Source: a virus. From it: a DNA stretch of 64,000 nucleotides. The stretch is from IMG/VR virus record IMGVR_UViG_3300021426_000096. One strand, given 5' to 3'. How positions within the stretch are numbered: position 1 is the stretch's first letter; every line of letters begins with the position of its first letter. The notes under the pieces are model-generated. The model searched no databases. It was not told where the DNA came from and saw only the letters and a list, made by a program, of their open reading frames with translations. A program made the translations under genes and the position numbers. Of the stretch, positions 8,502-17,577 are shown piece by piece.

Positions 8502-9686
8502 ATGTTTGAACTTACTAAAGGTAAAGTGACCGCTATCATCTGCGGTGTGTTCGCTCTCATTGTCCTCTGCATGATGGGCAGTATCGGCGAGGATGTAAAG
8601 AATGAGAAGATTGTTGTCAATCAGTACCCCTTCTCTGGTAACATGGCATACTGGACCGAGCCTGGTTTCCAGTGGCAGTGGTTCGGTAAGACCACTGAGT
8701 ACTACAAGACCCAACAGTTCTGGTTTGGTGGTAAGGATGTGGATGGTGAATCCCATGGTAACCCCATCAAGGTAATCTTCAATGATGCTTCTGTCGGTTA
8801 CATCTATGGTTCCCTCCGTGTGGTACTACCTACTGATGTTGAACACCTCCGACTCATCCAGACTGCCTACAATGGAATGGATCGTCTGATGAATGACCTA
8901 GTTGCCCAGAATGTTGTGAAGGTTATCTATGCGTCTGGTCCTCTGATGTCAGCATTTGAGTCTTATGCAGAGAAGAAGAATGACATGGTATTCTACATTA
9001 CTGACCAGTTGACCTATGGTGTATACAAGACCACTATCCGTGAAGAGGATTCTGTTGACTCCTTCACTGGTGAGACCAAGAAGGTAAAGGTCGCATCGCT
9101 GGTCGCAGATGAGAATGCTCCTAATGGTTATGTCCGTTCTGAAAAGTCTCCTTTCACTTCCTATGGTGTGGTTATTGACCAGGTGTCCATCACTGAAATC
9201 ACTTATGATGAGAAGGTGAACCAGCAGATCCAGACCCAGCAGCAGGCTAATATGTCCATCCAGACTAAGAAGGCAGAAGCTCTGGCAGCCCAGCAGGATG
9301 CTATCAAGGCAGAGGCAGAGGGTAAGGCAGCAGCAGCCAAGGCCAAGTGGGACCAGGAGAGGATTAAGGCAACTGAGGTGACCAAGGCTGAACAGGAGAG
9401 GGAAGTAGCCCGTCTTGCGGCAGAGAAGGCTGAATTTGAGAAGAAGCGTGTGATTGCTGAAGGTCAGGCAGAGGCAGAGGCCAACCGCTTGAAGGTGGCA
9501 GCAGGTCTTACCCCCCAGGAAAAGGCAGAGTGGGATTACAAGACCAAGGTTGGTGTAGCAGAAGCCCTGTCCAAGACCGAGTGGCCTAAAATCGTGATGA
9601 ATGGTGGAGGCAATGGTGCCAATGGGGCTCTTGATGTCATCACCCTGGAGAGGATGAATGCTCTAGTTAAGTCTATGGCCAATTAA
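8502..9686 (+). CDS. SPFH / band-7 (HflC-prohibitin-like) membrane protein
   Basis: N-terminal TM, SPFH-like core, Ala/Glu/Lys coiled coil (QAEAEANRLKVAAGL resembles the HflK/C AEGEAEA region). Confidence 0.65.
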   Translation: MFELTKGKVTAIICGVFALIVLCMMGSIGEDVKNEKIVVNQYPFSGNMAYWTEPGFQWQWFGKTTEYYKTQQFWFGGKDVDGESHGNPIKVIFNDASVGYIYGSLRVVLPTDVEHLRLIQTAYNGMDRLMNDLVAQNVVKVIYASGPLMSAFESYAEKKNDMVFYITDQLTYGVYKTTIREEDSVDSFTGETKKVKVASLVADENAPNGYVRSEKSPFTSYGVVIDQVSITEITYDEKVNQQIQTQQQANMSIQTKKAEALAAQQDAIKAEAEGKAAAAKAKWDQERIKATEVTKAEQEREVARLAAEKAEFEKKRVIAEGQAEAEANRLKVAAGLTPQEKAEWDYKTKVGVAEALSKTEWPKIVMNGGGNGANGALDVITLERMNALVKSMAN

Positions 9687-9710
9687 GTAAGTACTATTAG
9701 CCTCCTTCAA

Positions 9711-9745
9711 AAGAGTCTATCCAAAAGGTAGACTCTTTTGTTATT
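9711..9745 (+). terminator. rho-independent terminator
   Basis: AAGAGTCTAtccaaaaggTAGACTCTT followed by a T-rich tract. Confidence 0.6.
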
Positions 9746-9790
9746 TTTATGGAGTATCCATAAATACTTATATAATGTATAGTCTCAAAA

Positions 9791-10054
9791 ATGGCTGGTA
9801 ATAATGAATCAATATCTTATATAAATTTAGGTGATGGTAATGAACATCCAATAGATGCTGTAACCATCAATGGTCAATCTCTACCAAATGAATCAGCATT
9901 CTTGCCATCTGTTTCTTCATTGGATAATGGTAAAGTATTAAGAGTGGTTGATGGGGCATGGGTTCTCATTGACCCCTCATTCATTTATTCTGGTGAAGGT
10001 AATCCAGACAACGCCAATGGTAACAATGGTGACTTTTATATAAAAACATCTTAA
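9791..10054 (+). CDS. tail-fibre N-terminal (virion-anchor) domain protein, 87 aa
   Basis: ESISYINLG..DAVTINGQSLPNES..PSVS..DNGKVLRVVDGAWVLIDPS is homologous to the first 70 aa of the giant minus-strand gene product; ends at TAA 10052-10054, in frame with the next ORF. Confidence 0.55.
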   Translation: MAGNNESISYINLGDGNEHPIDAVTINGQSLPNESAFLPSVSSLDNGKVLRVVDGAWVLIDPSFIYSGEGNPDNANGNNGDFYIKTS

Positions 10055-10063
10055 TCAAATATT

Positions 10064-12052
10064 TTGGCACAGTATATTAAAATAGGTGGGGTATGGAAAC
10101 CCATTGTTGGTGTTTATAAAAAGGTGAATGGATCCTGGGTTGAACAGGAGGTATATGCTTTTGAGAACACTGTTTATTTGTACAACTCATCAAAGATAGA
10201 TGTTGATGTGTTGTACATCATTGCTGATGACTCTTACACAGGTAAGCAGGCATATCTCATTGCCAAGCTCAACTCAACCAGGGTTTATCCAACATGGTCT
10301 ATTACATCAGGTGAACAGTATGCAACCATTAACAGTAATGGTAAACTGGATATAGAATCTGGTGCAAGTAATAACTCTGTGACTGTTCAGGCATCTTATG
10401 AGAATCTCATTGTTTCAAAAACCATTTCAGTATCCTATGACAACCAGTTGGTAATTGAATCACCTGATGTCATCACAGGTACAACAGGTAATGTGATTGC
10501 TGTTTACAACTCAACAGTTGTCAGTCCAGGTTGGACTATCATCTCTGGTGGTCAGCATGCAACTATTGATAGTAATGGTGAAATCACCATCATCAGTTCT
10601 GGTACGATACGAGTTCGTGCCTCTTATGACAACTACATCACAATGAAAGACATCAGACTTGAATATGATGCAACCAAGTCACAGCAGACTGTGGTGGATG
10701 AGTCTGGTACAATCACTACAACAGAGACAACCACCACCACTGATCCTGTCACTGGTACAACAACAGTTGAATCAATAGAGTCAGTTACCTATGAAGATGG
10801 TTCAACAGCCAACACAACATCTACAACAACTACCAACCTGGATGGTTCAACAACCACAACATCAGAAACAACCAATTCAGATGGTAGTTCTGTCAGCAGA
10901 GTCACATCAACATCAGCAGAAGATTCAGATGGTTCATACACTGTTGAGGAAAGTATAGAGATGACCAACCATGATGGTACTTCATCAGAGTCCTCATCAA
11001 CAACTGTCAATCATGAGGATGGTTCATCATCAAGTTCATCATCACTCATTATGTATGATGAAAATGGTGATGTGATTGACACCACCGAAACAACAAGTAC
11101 TACATCTGCACCAGACCAGGATGGTACAGTAACAACAGAAAGTACAACCACAGTAACAAATGCCGGAGGTACATCATCAGAATCAACATCAACATTGGTT
11201 GAAAGAACTGATGGTTCATCAACATCATCCACACAGTCAACAAATTATGATGAGAATGGTGATCCTACTGGTTCAATAACCAACACCACCAATATCTATG
11301 CAGATGGTTCATCACTGTCACAGACAACTAACTATGATGAGAATGGTGATCCAACCACAGGTACTAACTTTATGGGTGACACTGTCGGTAATGTGGATAT
11401 ACAGAGTCTGGAGTATGACTCCAATGGTGATCCTACTGTTACTGGTTATGTCATTGACACTTCTGCCAGTGATGGTGCTGGTAAAGACATCAATGCTGAT
11501 GGTGTTAACACTGACTACTATGCCTTTGATATCACTTATGGATTTGAACTCAATATTCACTTCACCATTAATTATTCTCAACAGCCTGCCAACCAGAATG
11601 AGAATCATCACAACATCCTTAATGCAAAGAGGGCAAGTCCATCTCCTTGGTATGGTTTCCAGTTGAGACAATCATCAACAAACAAGTATATACAATTAGG
11701 TGTACAGATGAATACTGGTAATAATCAAAATATAACAATCGAGGGTGTATCAACTGGTGTAACCAATGAAGGAGAGTTTGACTTGACTATTACTTATAAT
11801 CCTTTGGCATCTACCAATAAATTTGTATGTTATAATAACCTTACTGAATCAAATGTATATACAAAAAATGATACATTCCCAGACATAGAAGCATTAAAGT
11901 ACTTAAAGATAACAATTGGTTATGCAGTAGATGCAAATGGAGATCCTTACAGATACTCCAACATCAACTTGAAGAACTTCAGTGTATCCAGAATATATCC
12001 AACCTATGATAGTTCTGCATCTTGGGACACAAGTTCACAATGGGTATCATAA
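10064..12052 (+). CDS. tail-fibre-like protein with two Big_2 Ig-like domains, Thr/Ser-rich YDENGDP repeat linker and C-terminal beta-rich domain
   Basis: WSITSGEQYATINSNGKLDIESG..VTVQASY and WTIISGGQHATIDSNGEITIISSGTIRVRASY match Big_2; no ATG for 186 codons (track start is TTG), same frame as 9791..10054. Confidence 0.55.
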   Translation: MAQYIKIGGVWKPIVGVYKKVNGSWVEQEVYAFENTVYLYNSSKIDVDVLYIIADDSYTGKQAYLIAKLNSTRVYPTWSITSGEQYATINSNGKLDIESGASNNSVTVQASYENLIVSKTISVSYDNQLVIESPDVITGTTGNVIAVYNSTVVSPGWTIISGGQHATIDSNGEITIISSGTIRVRASYDNYITMKDIRLEYDATKSQQTVVDESGTITTTETTTTTDPVTGTTTVESIESVTYEDGSTANTTSTTTTNLDGSTTTTSETTNSDGSSVSRVTSTSAEDSDGSYTVEESIEMTNHDGTSSESSSTTVNHEDGSSSSSSSLIMYDENGDVIDTTETTSTTSAPDQDGTVTTESTTTVTNAGGTSSESTSTLVERTDGSSTSSTQSTNYDENGDPTGSITNTTNIYADGSSLSQTTNYDENGDPTTGTNFMGDTVGNVDIQSLEYDSNGDPTVTGYVIDTSASDGAGKDINADGVNTDYYAFDITYGFELNIHFTINYSQQPANQNENHHNILNAKRASPSPWYGFQLRQSSTNKYIQLGVQMNTGNNQNITIEGVSTGVTNEGEFDLTITYNPLASTNKFVCYNNLTESNVYTKNDTFPDIEALKYLKITIGYAVDANGDPYRYSNINLKNFSVSRIYPTYDSSASWDTSSQWVS

Positions 12053-12063
12053 CAATTTTTCCT

Positions 12064-12080
12064 GCGATGACGATATACGA
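12064..12080 (+). repeat. RCGA-triplet intergenic motif (GCGA-tg-ACGA-tat-ACGA)
   Basis: After the 12052 stop. Confidence 0.7.
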
Positions 12081-12082
12081 AT

Positions 12083-12116
12083 CACCTGCCCTTTAAGGGT
12101 GGGTGATTTTTTTTTG
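12083..12116 (+). terminator. rho-independent terminator
   Basis: CACCTGCCCtttaaGGGTGGGTG followed by T9. Confidence 0.5.
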
Positions 12117-12135
12117 CACTTTTTTGTAGAAAAAA

Positions 12136-12167
12136 TTTGGAATTGTCATTTTTTTCTTGTATCTTCG
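12136..12167 (+). promoter_or_regulatory. Bacteroidetes-type promoter repeat (variant -7 TATCTTCG)
   Basis: TTTG 12136-12139, TATCTTCG 12160-12167; a 165-nt leader precedes the sigma-factor ATG. Confidence 0.55.
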
Positions 12168-12210
12168 TAGTGGGAAATAAAATTAAAGATTATGTACAAT
12201 ATACTGTAAT

Positions 12211-12252
12211 CCTGTCAGTGACAATTTGTCATAAAACCTGACAACCTGACAA
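12211..12252 (+). promoter_or_regulatory. operator-like cluster in the sigma-factor leader: palindrome TGACAA-T-TTGTCA plus two direct CCTGACAA
   Basis: TGACAATTTGTCA 12220-12232; CCTGACAA at 12237 and 12245. Confidence 0.5.
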
Positions 12253-12331
12253 TGGTATAATTCTTGATAATTTAGTGAAAGAAATCAAGAACCAGGTAGT
12301 ATATATAAGTGTAACAAACAAAACAAAACAT

Positions 12332-13165
12332 ATGATCAACTACACCAACATCAATGAGAACATCAACATCTACTTCAAGGAGATTCGTAAGTTCTCTTCT
12401 CTCACCAGGAAGGATGAGATGATTCTGTTTACCCAGATTTCCAATGGAGACAAGAGGGCAGAGACAGAAGTGTTCAACAAGATGTCCAAGTTAGCAGTCA
12501 ACATTGCCAAGACATATACCTGTAACCCCGAACTCCTGGAGGATCTCATCCAGGAGGCCAATATGGGTATCCTTACTGCCATCAAGAAGTATGATATGGA
12601 TGCAGGTTACAGGTTCTCCTCTTATTCCCGTTGGTGGATGAAGGCATACATTGGTAAGTTCCTGGAAGAGATGGGTATTGTCCATCATTGTAACCCTGTC
12701 ATCATCAAGAAGGCCAACAAGATTCGGGAGCAGTTCTATATGGAAAACCATAGGGACATCTCCGAGTATGAACTGATGGATAAGCTTGAGGAGATGGGTG
12801 AGATTGTCAATGACATCTCCACCATCCTCAACATCACCAGTGTCAGGATTGATATGCCTGTGTCAGAGGATGATGTCATCACCAAGAAGGATATGGGTGT
12901 GTTCGCTGATCGCACCGCATCTACCAATTCCTTTGTGGAAGAGGAAGAGAATGAGACTCTCTCTTCTGACATTGCCAAGAGACTGGTCAAACTCACCCCC
13001 AGGGAGCAGCAGCTCATCCTGATGAAGTTTGGGTTTGTATCTGGATATGAGATGGATTACAAGTCCATTGCTGAAAAGTGGAATGAGGGTAAGTCTGAAA
13101 AGGAACAGCTCACCCAGGAAAGGGTTCGCCAGTTGGTGATTGGTGCTCTCAAAAAAATGAAGTAA
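12332..13165 (+). CDS. sigma-70 family RNA polymerase sigma factor
   Basis: Region 2: DLIQEANMGILTAIKKYD..GYRFSSYSRWWMKAYI (DLIQEGNIGLMKAV.KFD..GYKFSTYATWWIRQAI); region 4: LTPREQQLILMKFG...TQERVRQL. Confidence 0.85.
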   Translation: MINYTNINENINIYFKEIRKFSSLTRKDEMILFTQISNGDKRAETEVFNKMSKLAVNIAKTYTCNPELLEDLIQEANMGILTAIKKYDMDAGYRFSSYSRWWMKAYIGKFLEEMGIVHHCNPVIIKKANKIREQFYMENHRDISEYELMDKLEEMGEIVNDISTILNITSVRIDMPVSEDDVITKKDMGVFADRTASTNSFVEEEENETLSSDIAKRLVKLTPREQQLILMKFGFVSGYEMDYKSIAEKWNEGKSEKEQLTQERVRQLVIGALKKMK

Positions 13166-13166
13166 T

Positions 13167-13340
13167 ATGAGTAAAGACAAGAGTATGAGATACAGGGCTA
13201 TCTGTGCCAAGTGTGGTCAGCCCTTTGATTCCAGGAAAGGTATCCCCTTCCTCTTTGGATATGTGTGTTGTCCTGACTGTTATGAGAAGTACACCAGGTA
13301 TGCTACCCTGGAAGATTATGTAAGAAATGAATGTAAGTAA
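13167..13340 (+). CDS. zinc-ribbon small protein (57 aa)
   Basis: CAKCG...CCPDC; not in the ORF track (<60 aa). Confidence 0.35.
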   Translation: MSKDKSMRYRAICAKCGQPFDSRKGIPFLFGYVCCPDCYEKYTRYATLEDYVRNECK

Positions 13341-13342
13341 TT

Positions 13343-13843
13343 ATGTGTACACACTACATCCCTACTATGCTTCAGCAGAATGAAGAAGCAATCAGATTGA
13401 TCAAAGAGAATAAGACTATGGAGATGAAACCCATCATCTATAGTAATGACCGTAAGAACCTGTATGTTGCCTACAAGAGTGAGTACAAGGGAGTTAAGTA
13501 CTATATTGTTGCCGGCAGTATCCATCCCTGTGCCTATGTTATGTGTGATGAGAAGTTCATCCAGAATCACAAAACTGATTATGGTGGACTGGACTGCATC
13601 TGTGTGCATGGTGGTGTCACCTGGACAGGAGAGGTAGAGAGACTCCTGTGCCATCCTGAAGAGTACTCTGGTATGTGCTTTGGTTGGGATTATGGTCACC
13701 TGGATGACTGGGAGGGTTACTACACTGATGGGCAGAACCATATGTATGGTCATCACAAGTACACCACTATGGAGATTAAGGCAGAGTGTCTGGATGCCAT
13801 TGGTCAGTACCTGGAAGTATTGGAGAAGGATAAGAACAAATAA
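13343..13843 (+). CDS. hypothetical protein
   Basis: 166-aa ORF, His/Cys-rich. Confidence 0.5.
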   Translation: MCTHYIPTMLQQNEEAIRLIKENKTMEMKPIIYSNDRKNLYVAYKSEYKGVKYYIVAGSIHPCAYVMCDEKFIQNHKTDYGGLDCICVHGGVTWTGEVERLLCHPEEYSGMCFGWDYGHLDDWEGYYTDGQNHMYGHHKYTTMEIKAECLDAIGQYLEVLEKDKNK

Positions 13844-13844
13844 T

Positions 13845-14390
13845 ATGGAAGAGAAAGTAACAGAGTTCAACATCACTGTCCCCTGGTTGGAGAGGAAGAT
13901 TGTCAAGATCAACAAGGTTGGTAAGACTGAACTGACACTGGAACATTTTGATGAGAGGTGCTACCCATCCATTGACAATTTCAACTGTCCTTGGAGATTG
14001 TTGAGTAAAGAGGATAAGAATATCAAAAGATATGTGATTGGTAAATTCACAGATGTATGTGACAGATTGGAAATGAATGTCACTCCAGGCGTAGAGTACA
14101 TCTCTGATGAAAGGTCTAATAATACTCTCCACATAGAGGTCATTGGAATCAAGATAACTCCTGATACCAACAATGATGTCTATCGGAAATATGTCAATGA
14201 ACTGGGATATAAGAGATTTAACATCACCAGTCTCAATGAACGTTTTCCTGATGGGCATGGAGACTTTGAGTCTATTGACTATATCTATGATGAGAATGGT
14301 TACTTCCCCAAGGATGAAAATGGAAACAGTATCACCAAAACGTGGACTTACAGGTATGATAGTTATTACTATTTTTACAAAGAAATCTAA
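13845..14390 (+). CDS. hypothetical protein
   Basis: Start taken at MEEKVTEF two nt after the upstream stop; the longer 13680 start overlaps the previous gene. Confidence 0.5.
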   Translation: MEEKVTEFNITVPWLERKIVKINKVGKTELTLEHFDERCYPSIDNFNCPWRLLSKEDKNIKRYVIGKFTDVCDRLEMNVTPGVEYISDERSNNTLHIEVIGIKITPDTNNDVYRKYVNELGYKRFNITSLNERFPDGHGDFESIDYIYDENGYFPKDENGNSITKTWTYRYDSYYYFYKEI

Positions 14391-14392
14391 CT

Positions 14393-15034
14393 ATGAGAAG
14401 AGCGATTAAGAAGCCAAGAAAGAAGCAGGTCATCTTCACTTATATGATGACCATTGATAAAGTATACTCCTGGTTTCAAGAGCAGAAAAAGATTTACAAA
14501 TCATATCTCTATGGTGACTTCAATGGTGTGGAACTCAACTCTGATATGAGTGAGGATGAAATCTATCTTACTTACTTTGGCAGGACCAAGGAAGAAGAAC
14601 TCAAGTGCAGGGAAGAAGAACAAAGGAAAGCAGAAGAGGAAAGTATCCGGTTACATGAAGAACTGGAAGAGATAGAAAAGAAACACAAGGAATGGGCAGA
14701 GAAAACCTATGGATCAGTTGAGGCATATCACCAACATCTGATTGATGATCTCTGTCAACAGGGTGATGGGTTGATTCCAGATGATTTGAAATCAGATTGG
14801 AGAGGAACAGTCTCAAAAAATTATGATCAATTTGCCGTAAAGGAGGTTCTCCATTGTCTTGAGATATTGAAAGATAATGATGAGTCTGTCTTCCCTGAAT
14901 TGAAAGAGTACATAGACAGTTTCAATCACAGTGGTGCAGTTGCATGGTGGATTTTCAGTTGTATTGGTCACTATGGTGGTGAACCAGGAAAGAAATTGTA
15001 CAAATATTTAACAGGTAGAGATTATGAAGAGTAA
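14393..15034 (+). CDS. hypothetical protein
   Basis: 213-aa ORF. Confidence 0.5.
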   Translation: MRRAIKKPRKKQVIFTYMMTIDKVYSWFQEQKKIYKSYLYGDFNGVELNSDMSEDEIYLTYFGRTKEEELKCREEEQRKAEEESIRLHEELEEIEKKHKEWAEKTYGSVEAYHQHLIDDLCQQGDGLIPDDLKSDWRGTVSKNYDQFAVKEVLHCLEILKDNDESVFPELKEYIDSFNHSGAVAWWIFSCIGHYGGEPGKKLYKYLTGRDYEE

Positions 15035-15089
15035 CTTTACGGTTGCGATCTGCGAATAAAAAAAAATCTGCAAAAAAGTGTAAAAAAAT

Positions 15090-15120
15090 TTTGTAGTCTC
15101 GTTTTTTTATTGTATCTTTG
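15090..15120 (+). promoter_or_regulatory. Bacteroidetes-type promoter repeat
   Basis: TTTG 15090-15093, TATCTTTG 15113-15120. Confidence 0.6.
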
Positions 15121-15158
15121 TATCAAGAAAAGGAAACAAACTAAAAACAATACAAACC

Positions 15159-15773
15159 ATGAAGACCAATTACACTCACATGCTTGAATCTGACAAGATC
15201 CTCCACATCCTTGACCTTATGGGCGCTGTCTCCAAGGAGACTGGTGTCACCACTGAAGAGATGCTTGACAAAGCCATTGAAGAAGGTGCTACCAAGGACA
15301 TCTTCACTGATGGATGGCATGGTCACAAGGAAGGTGATCACCCCTGGTGGCTTCTCCTGGCTGCTATGTCCGGGACTGGTTCTGAGGAAGAGGTGGCCAA
15401 GTACAATGTACCCTATCTTCACAGGGAGAAGGTGTCAAGGAAGAAGAATGGTCGCAAGACCAATGTCTACATCTACTGGTATGATGAATCCTATACCCAT
15501 GAAGTGAACTTCACTGGGAAGAAATACCAGGAGAAGGTCCAGAAGGAAAAGGCCAGGAAGGAACTCCTTGACAGAATCAAGAATCTCCCTGGTTCCAAGG
15601 AGGAAGCTATGGTCCAGAAGGAGAATGATCCTGGTTATGTGAACATCTCTGGAAAGTACATCAAGAAGGAGTGGATGGTTTCACATCCTGATAAGGCCAG
15701 GATGTTGTATGGATGGTGGTTTGTCTCCAACCCTGACCAGTACAAGGATATCTTTGGTGAAGACTGGAAGTAA
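15159..15773 (+). CDS. hypothetical protein, GHPWW family (paralog of 39113..39796)
   Basis: DGWHGHKEGDHPWWLLLAAMSGTGS..VPYLHREKVSRKKNGRKTNVYIYW aligns with DYPRGRQDGHPWWPHTAVMMGVGS..EPYLHRNKMKKGNTRVRMYYW. Confidence 0.6.
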   Translation: MKTNYTHMLESDKILHILDLMGAVSKETGVTTEEMLDKAIEEGATKDIFTDGWHGHKEGDHPWWLLLAAMSGTGSEEEVAKYNVPYLHREKVSRKKNGRKTNVYIYWYDESYTHEVNFTGKKYQEKVQKEKARKELLDRIKNLPGSKEEAMVQKENDPGYVNISGKYIKKEWMVSHPDKARMLYGWWFVSNPDQYKDIFGEDWK

Positions 15774-15797
15774 TTTATTAACAATCAAATAACAGAT

Positions 15798-16013
15798 ATG
15801 GATAAGATTTATTTCATTGAGAATACTGTTGATGAAATGAGATCCAAGGTCTCTGGTTACTTCAAGTCTTATGAGGATGCCTATGAAGGTCTGAAGGAAT
15901 GTGCAGACTGGTGGAGAGAGAAAGGAACTGGAAAGATTTATGAAGTAACCTTTGGTCTCCATCAACAGAGGAAACTGGTCTATGACTCCTACAAGCAGGG
16001 TCCTGCCAAGTAA
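15798..16013 (+). CDS. hypothetical protein
   Basis: 71-aa ORF. Confidence 0.45.
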   Translation: MDKIYFIENTVDEMRSKVSGYFKSYEDAYEGLKECADWWREKGTGKIYEVTFGLHQQRKLVYDSYKQGPAK

Positions 16014-16016
16014 CAT

Positions 16017-16033
16017 ACGATAACGATTTACGA
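16017..16033 (+). repeat. RCGA-triplet intergenic motif (ACGA-ta-ACGA-ttt-ACGA)
   Basis: After the 16013 stop. Confidence 0.7.
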
Positions 16034-16076
16034 TATTTGTGGAACTGAAAAAAGATTGAAAAAAGTTCCCCAAATA

Positions 16077-16108
16077 TTTGGAATTGTCACAGAAAAACAT
16101 TATCTTTG
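16077..16108 (+). promoter_or_regulatory. Bacteroidetes-type promoter repeat
   Basis: TTTG 16077-16080, TATCTTTG 16101-16108. Confidence 0.6.
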
Positions 16109-16146
16109 TAATGTAATAAGAAATTAACCTCTAACACACAAAAGAC

Positions 16147-16401
16147 ATGAGCATCAAGAAAGTTACTAACGAAGAACTTCGTAAGATGATGATGGAAGGT
16201 CCGGTCACCTTCCAGTACAAGAAGAATGATGGGACTATCCGCCAGGCTGTGGGTACTCTCAAGTCCAGTCTTATCACCAAGAAACCGGCTGGTGGACAGA
16301 ACAAGGTAAAGGATGCTGGTTACTCCACCTACTTTGACATTGAGAAGGACTGGTGGAGGGCTTATGCAGAGTCCCGCCTTATTGGTGTGGTTGAACCCTA
16401 A
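16147..16401 (+). CDS. hypothetical protein, FQY(K/R)K...YFD(I/V)EK.(D)WRAY family
   Basis: Paralogous to the C-terminal half of 18241..18654. Confidence 0.5.
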   Translation: MSIKKVTNEELRKMMMEGPVTFQYKKNDGTIRQAVGTLKSSLITKKPAGGQNKVKDAGYSTYFDIEKDWWRAYAESRLIGVVEP

Positions 16402-16988
16402 TGCAAGAGCAGATGTCTGAACTTGTGAAAGATTCTATCTTTGGTGGTATCCTCATTGGGCTGGGTGCCTTTGGTTACCTGGCCCTTGGAGGAATCCCTG
16501 GGGCGATCATCTTCTCATTTGGACTCATTGGTGTTGTCCTTGGAGGATGTGACCTCTACACCGGTAAGGCAGGTGTCCTTAACAACCACTGGGAGATACT
16601 TTGTATCTGGTTCTTCAATGTCCTGGCCTGTGGACTCATTGGTCTGATGGTCTTGTATCTGGGCGGAGAACCTGTGGAGAGAGCGAAGGAACTGGTCGCA
16701 AATCGTCTCGCAGTAGATTATGGGAGAGTATTTGTCAAGGCCATTGGATGTGGACTCATCATTGATTTCTCCTGTTCCATTTACAGGGTGTCGAACAACA
16801 TATATGCCATCATCTTTGGTGTCCCTCTCTTCATCCTGTGTGGATTCTACCACTCCATTGCTGATGTGGTTTATATAGTGGCTGCCTGGAACTGGTCTGT
16901 TGATGTCCTCTGGTATTATCTTATGATTTTCCTGGGCAACTATGTAGGATGTAATGTAAAAAGATTTATTTCACTGATAATCAAATAA
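16401..16988 (+). CDS. polytopic membrane protein, possibly FNT (formate/nitrite transporter)-like
   Basis: 5-6 TM helices; LGGCDLYTGK and WFFNVLACGLIG loosely resemble the FNT signatures; shorter than canonical FNT. Confidence 0.3.
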   Translation: MQEQMSELVKDSIFGGILIGLGAFGYLALGGIPGAIIFSFGLIGVVLGGCDLYTGKAGVLNNHWEILCIWFFNVLACGLIGLMVLYLGGEPVERAKELVANRLAVDYGRVFVKAIGCGLIIDFSCSIYRVSNNIYAIIFGVPLFILCGFYHSIADVVYIVAAWNWSVDVLWYYLMIFLGNYVGCNVKRFISLIIK

Positions 16989-16993
16989 AGAAT

Positions 16994-17560
16994 ATGAACC
17001 AGACTATTATCATTGGCGTTTTTGCCTTTGAACCAAAAGAAAAGAAAGTCCCAAACTATGTAATCCCCCGTTACAACTTCTCTACAGGATCTCCTGATGG
17101 TGCATACCTGATTGGTGTCCCTTGTAAGGTGATTTCTGAACCTTACATCATCAAAAAGAAGAATGTCTTTGGTGAGATGAAGGACAGGGAGGTCTATGAT
17201 GTGAGGTCTATGGTGACCAACATCAAGTACACTATCCCTACTGGTTGGGCAGATGAGTATGACACCCTGGAGGAGGCCAACAAGCATGCTATCATCAAAG
17301 GAACTGAACATCCTTTCCCCACTGATCTCATTAGCAGGAAGTACTGGCCCCGTGACAACTCCTACATCAAGGACTCCCAGGGTAAATGGCATTCTCTCAT
17401 CAGGAAAGAGTGCAGAATTATCTCTGTCCCCTTCAAGGAGAAGACCTATGATGAATATCCTGTAGATGAAGACAAAGAGATGACATTCATCATGGTCATG
17501 TATGAAGGCAAGGTATACAGAGTTCTCTTTGAAGAATGGTCTCTGGTTGATCCCGAGTAA
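16994..17560 (+). CDS. hypothetical protein
   Basis: 188-aa ORF. Confidence 0.5.
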   Translation: MNQTIIIGVFAFEPKEKKVPNYVIPRYNFSTGSPDGAYLIGVPCKVISEPYIIKKKNVFGEMKDREVYDVRSMVTNIKYTIPTGWADEYDTLEEANKHAIIKGTEHPFPTDLISRKYWPRDNSYIKDSQGKWHSLIRKECRIISVPFKEKTYDEYPVDEDKEMTFIMVMYEGKVYRVLFEEWSLVDPE

Positions 17561-17577
17561 TAAAATTATCAAAACAT

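Noticed and set aside
10789-11671. Antisense and alternative-frame ORFs in the Thr/Ser-rich part of the fibre gene
   Set aside because: Repeat-driven open frames; the fibre frame is the one with recognisable Big_2 and repeat structure
13316-13915. 199-aa antisense ORF, plus the alternative-frame ORFs 13446..13637 and 13680..14390 start
   Set aside because: They conflict with the collinear + strand genes 13343..13843 and 13845..14390; the 13680 extension overlaps the upstream gene by 160 nt
16940-17572. 210-aa antisense ORF opposite 16994..17560
   Set aside because: Antisense to a well-packed + gene; no signals
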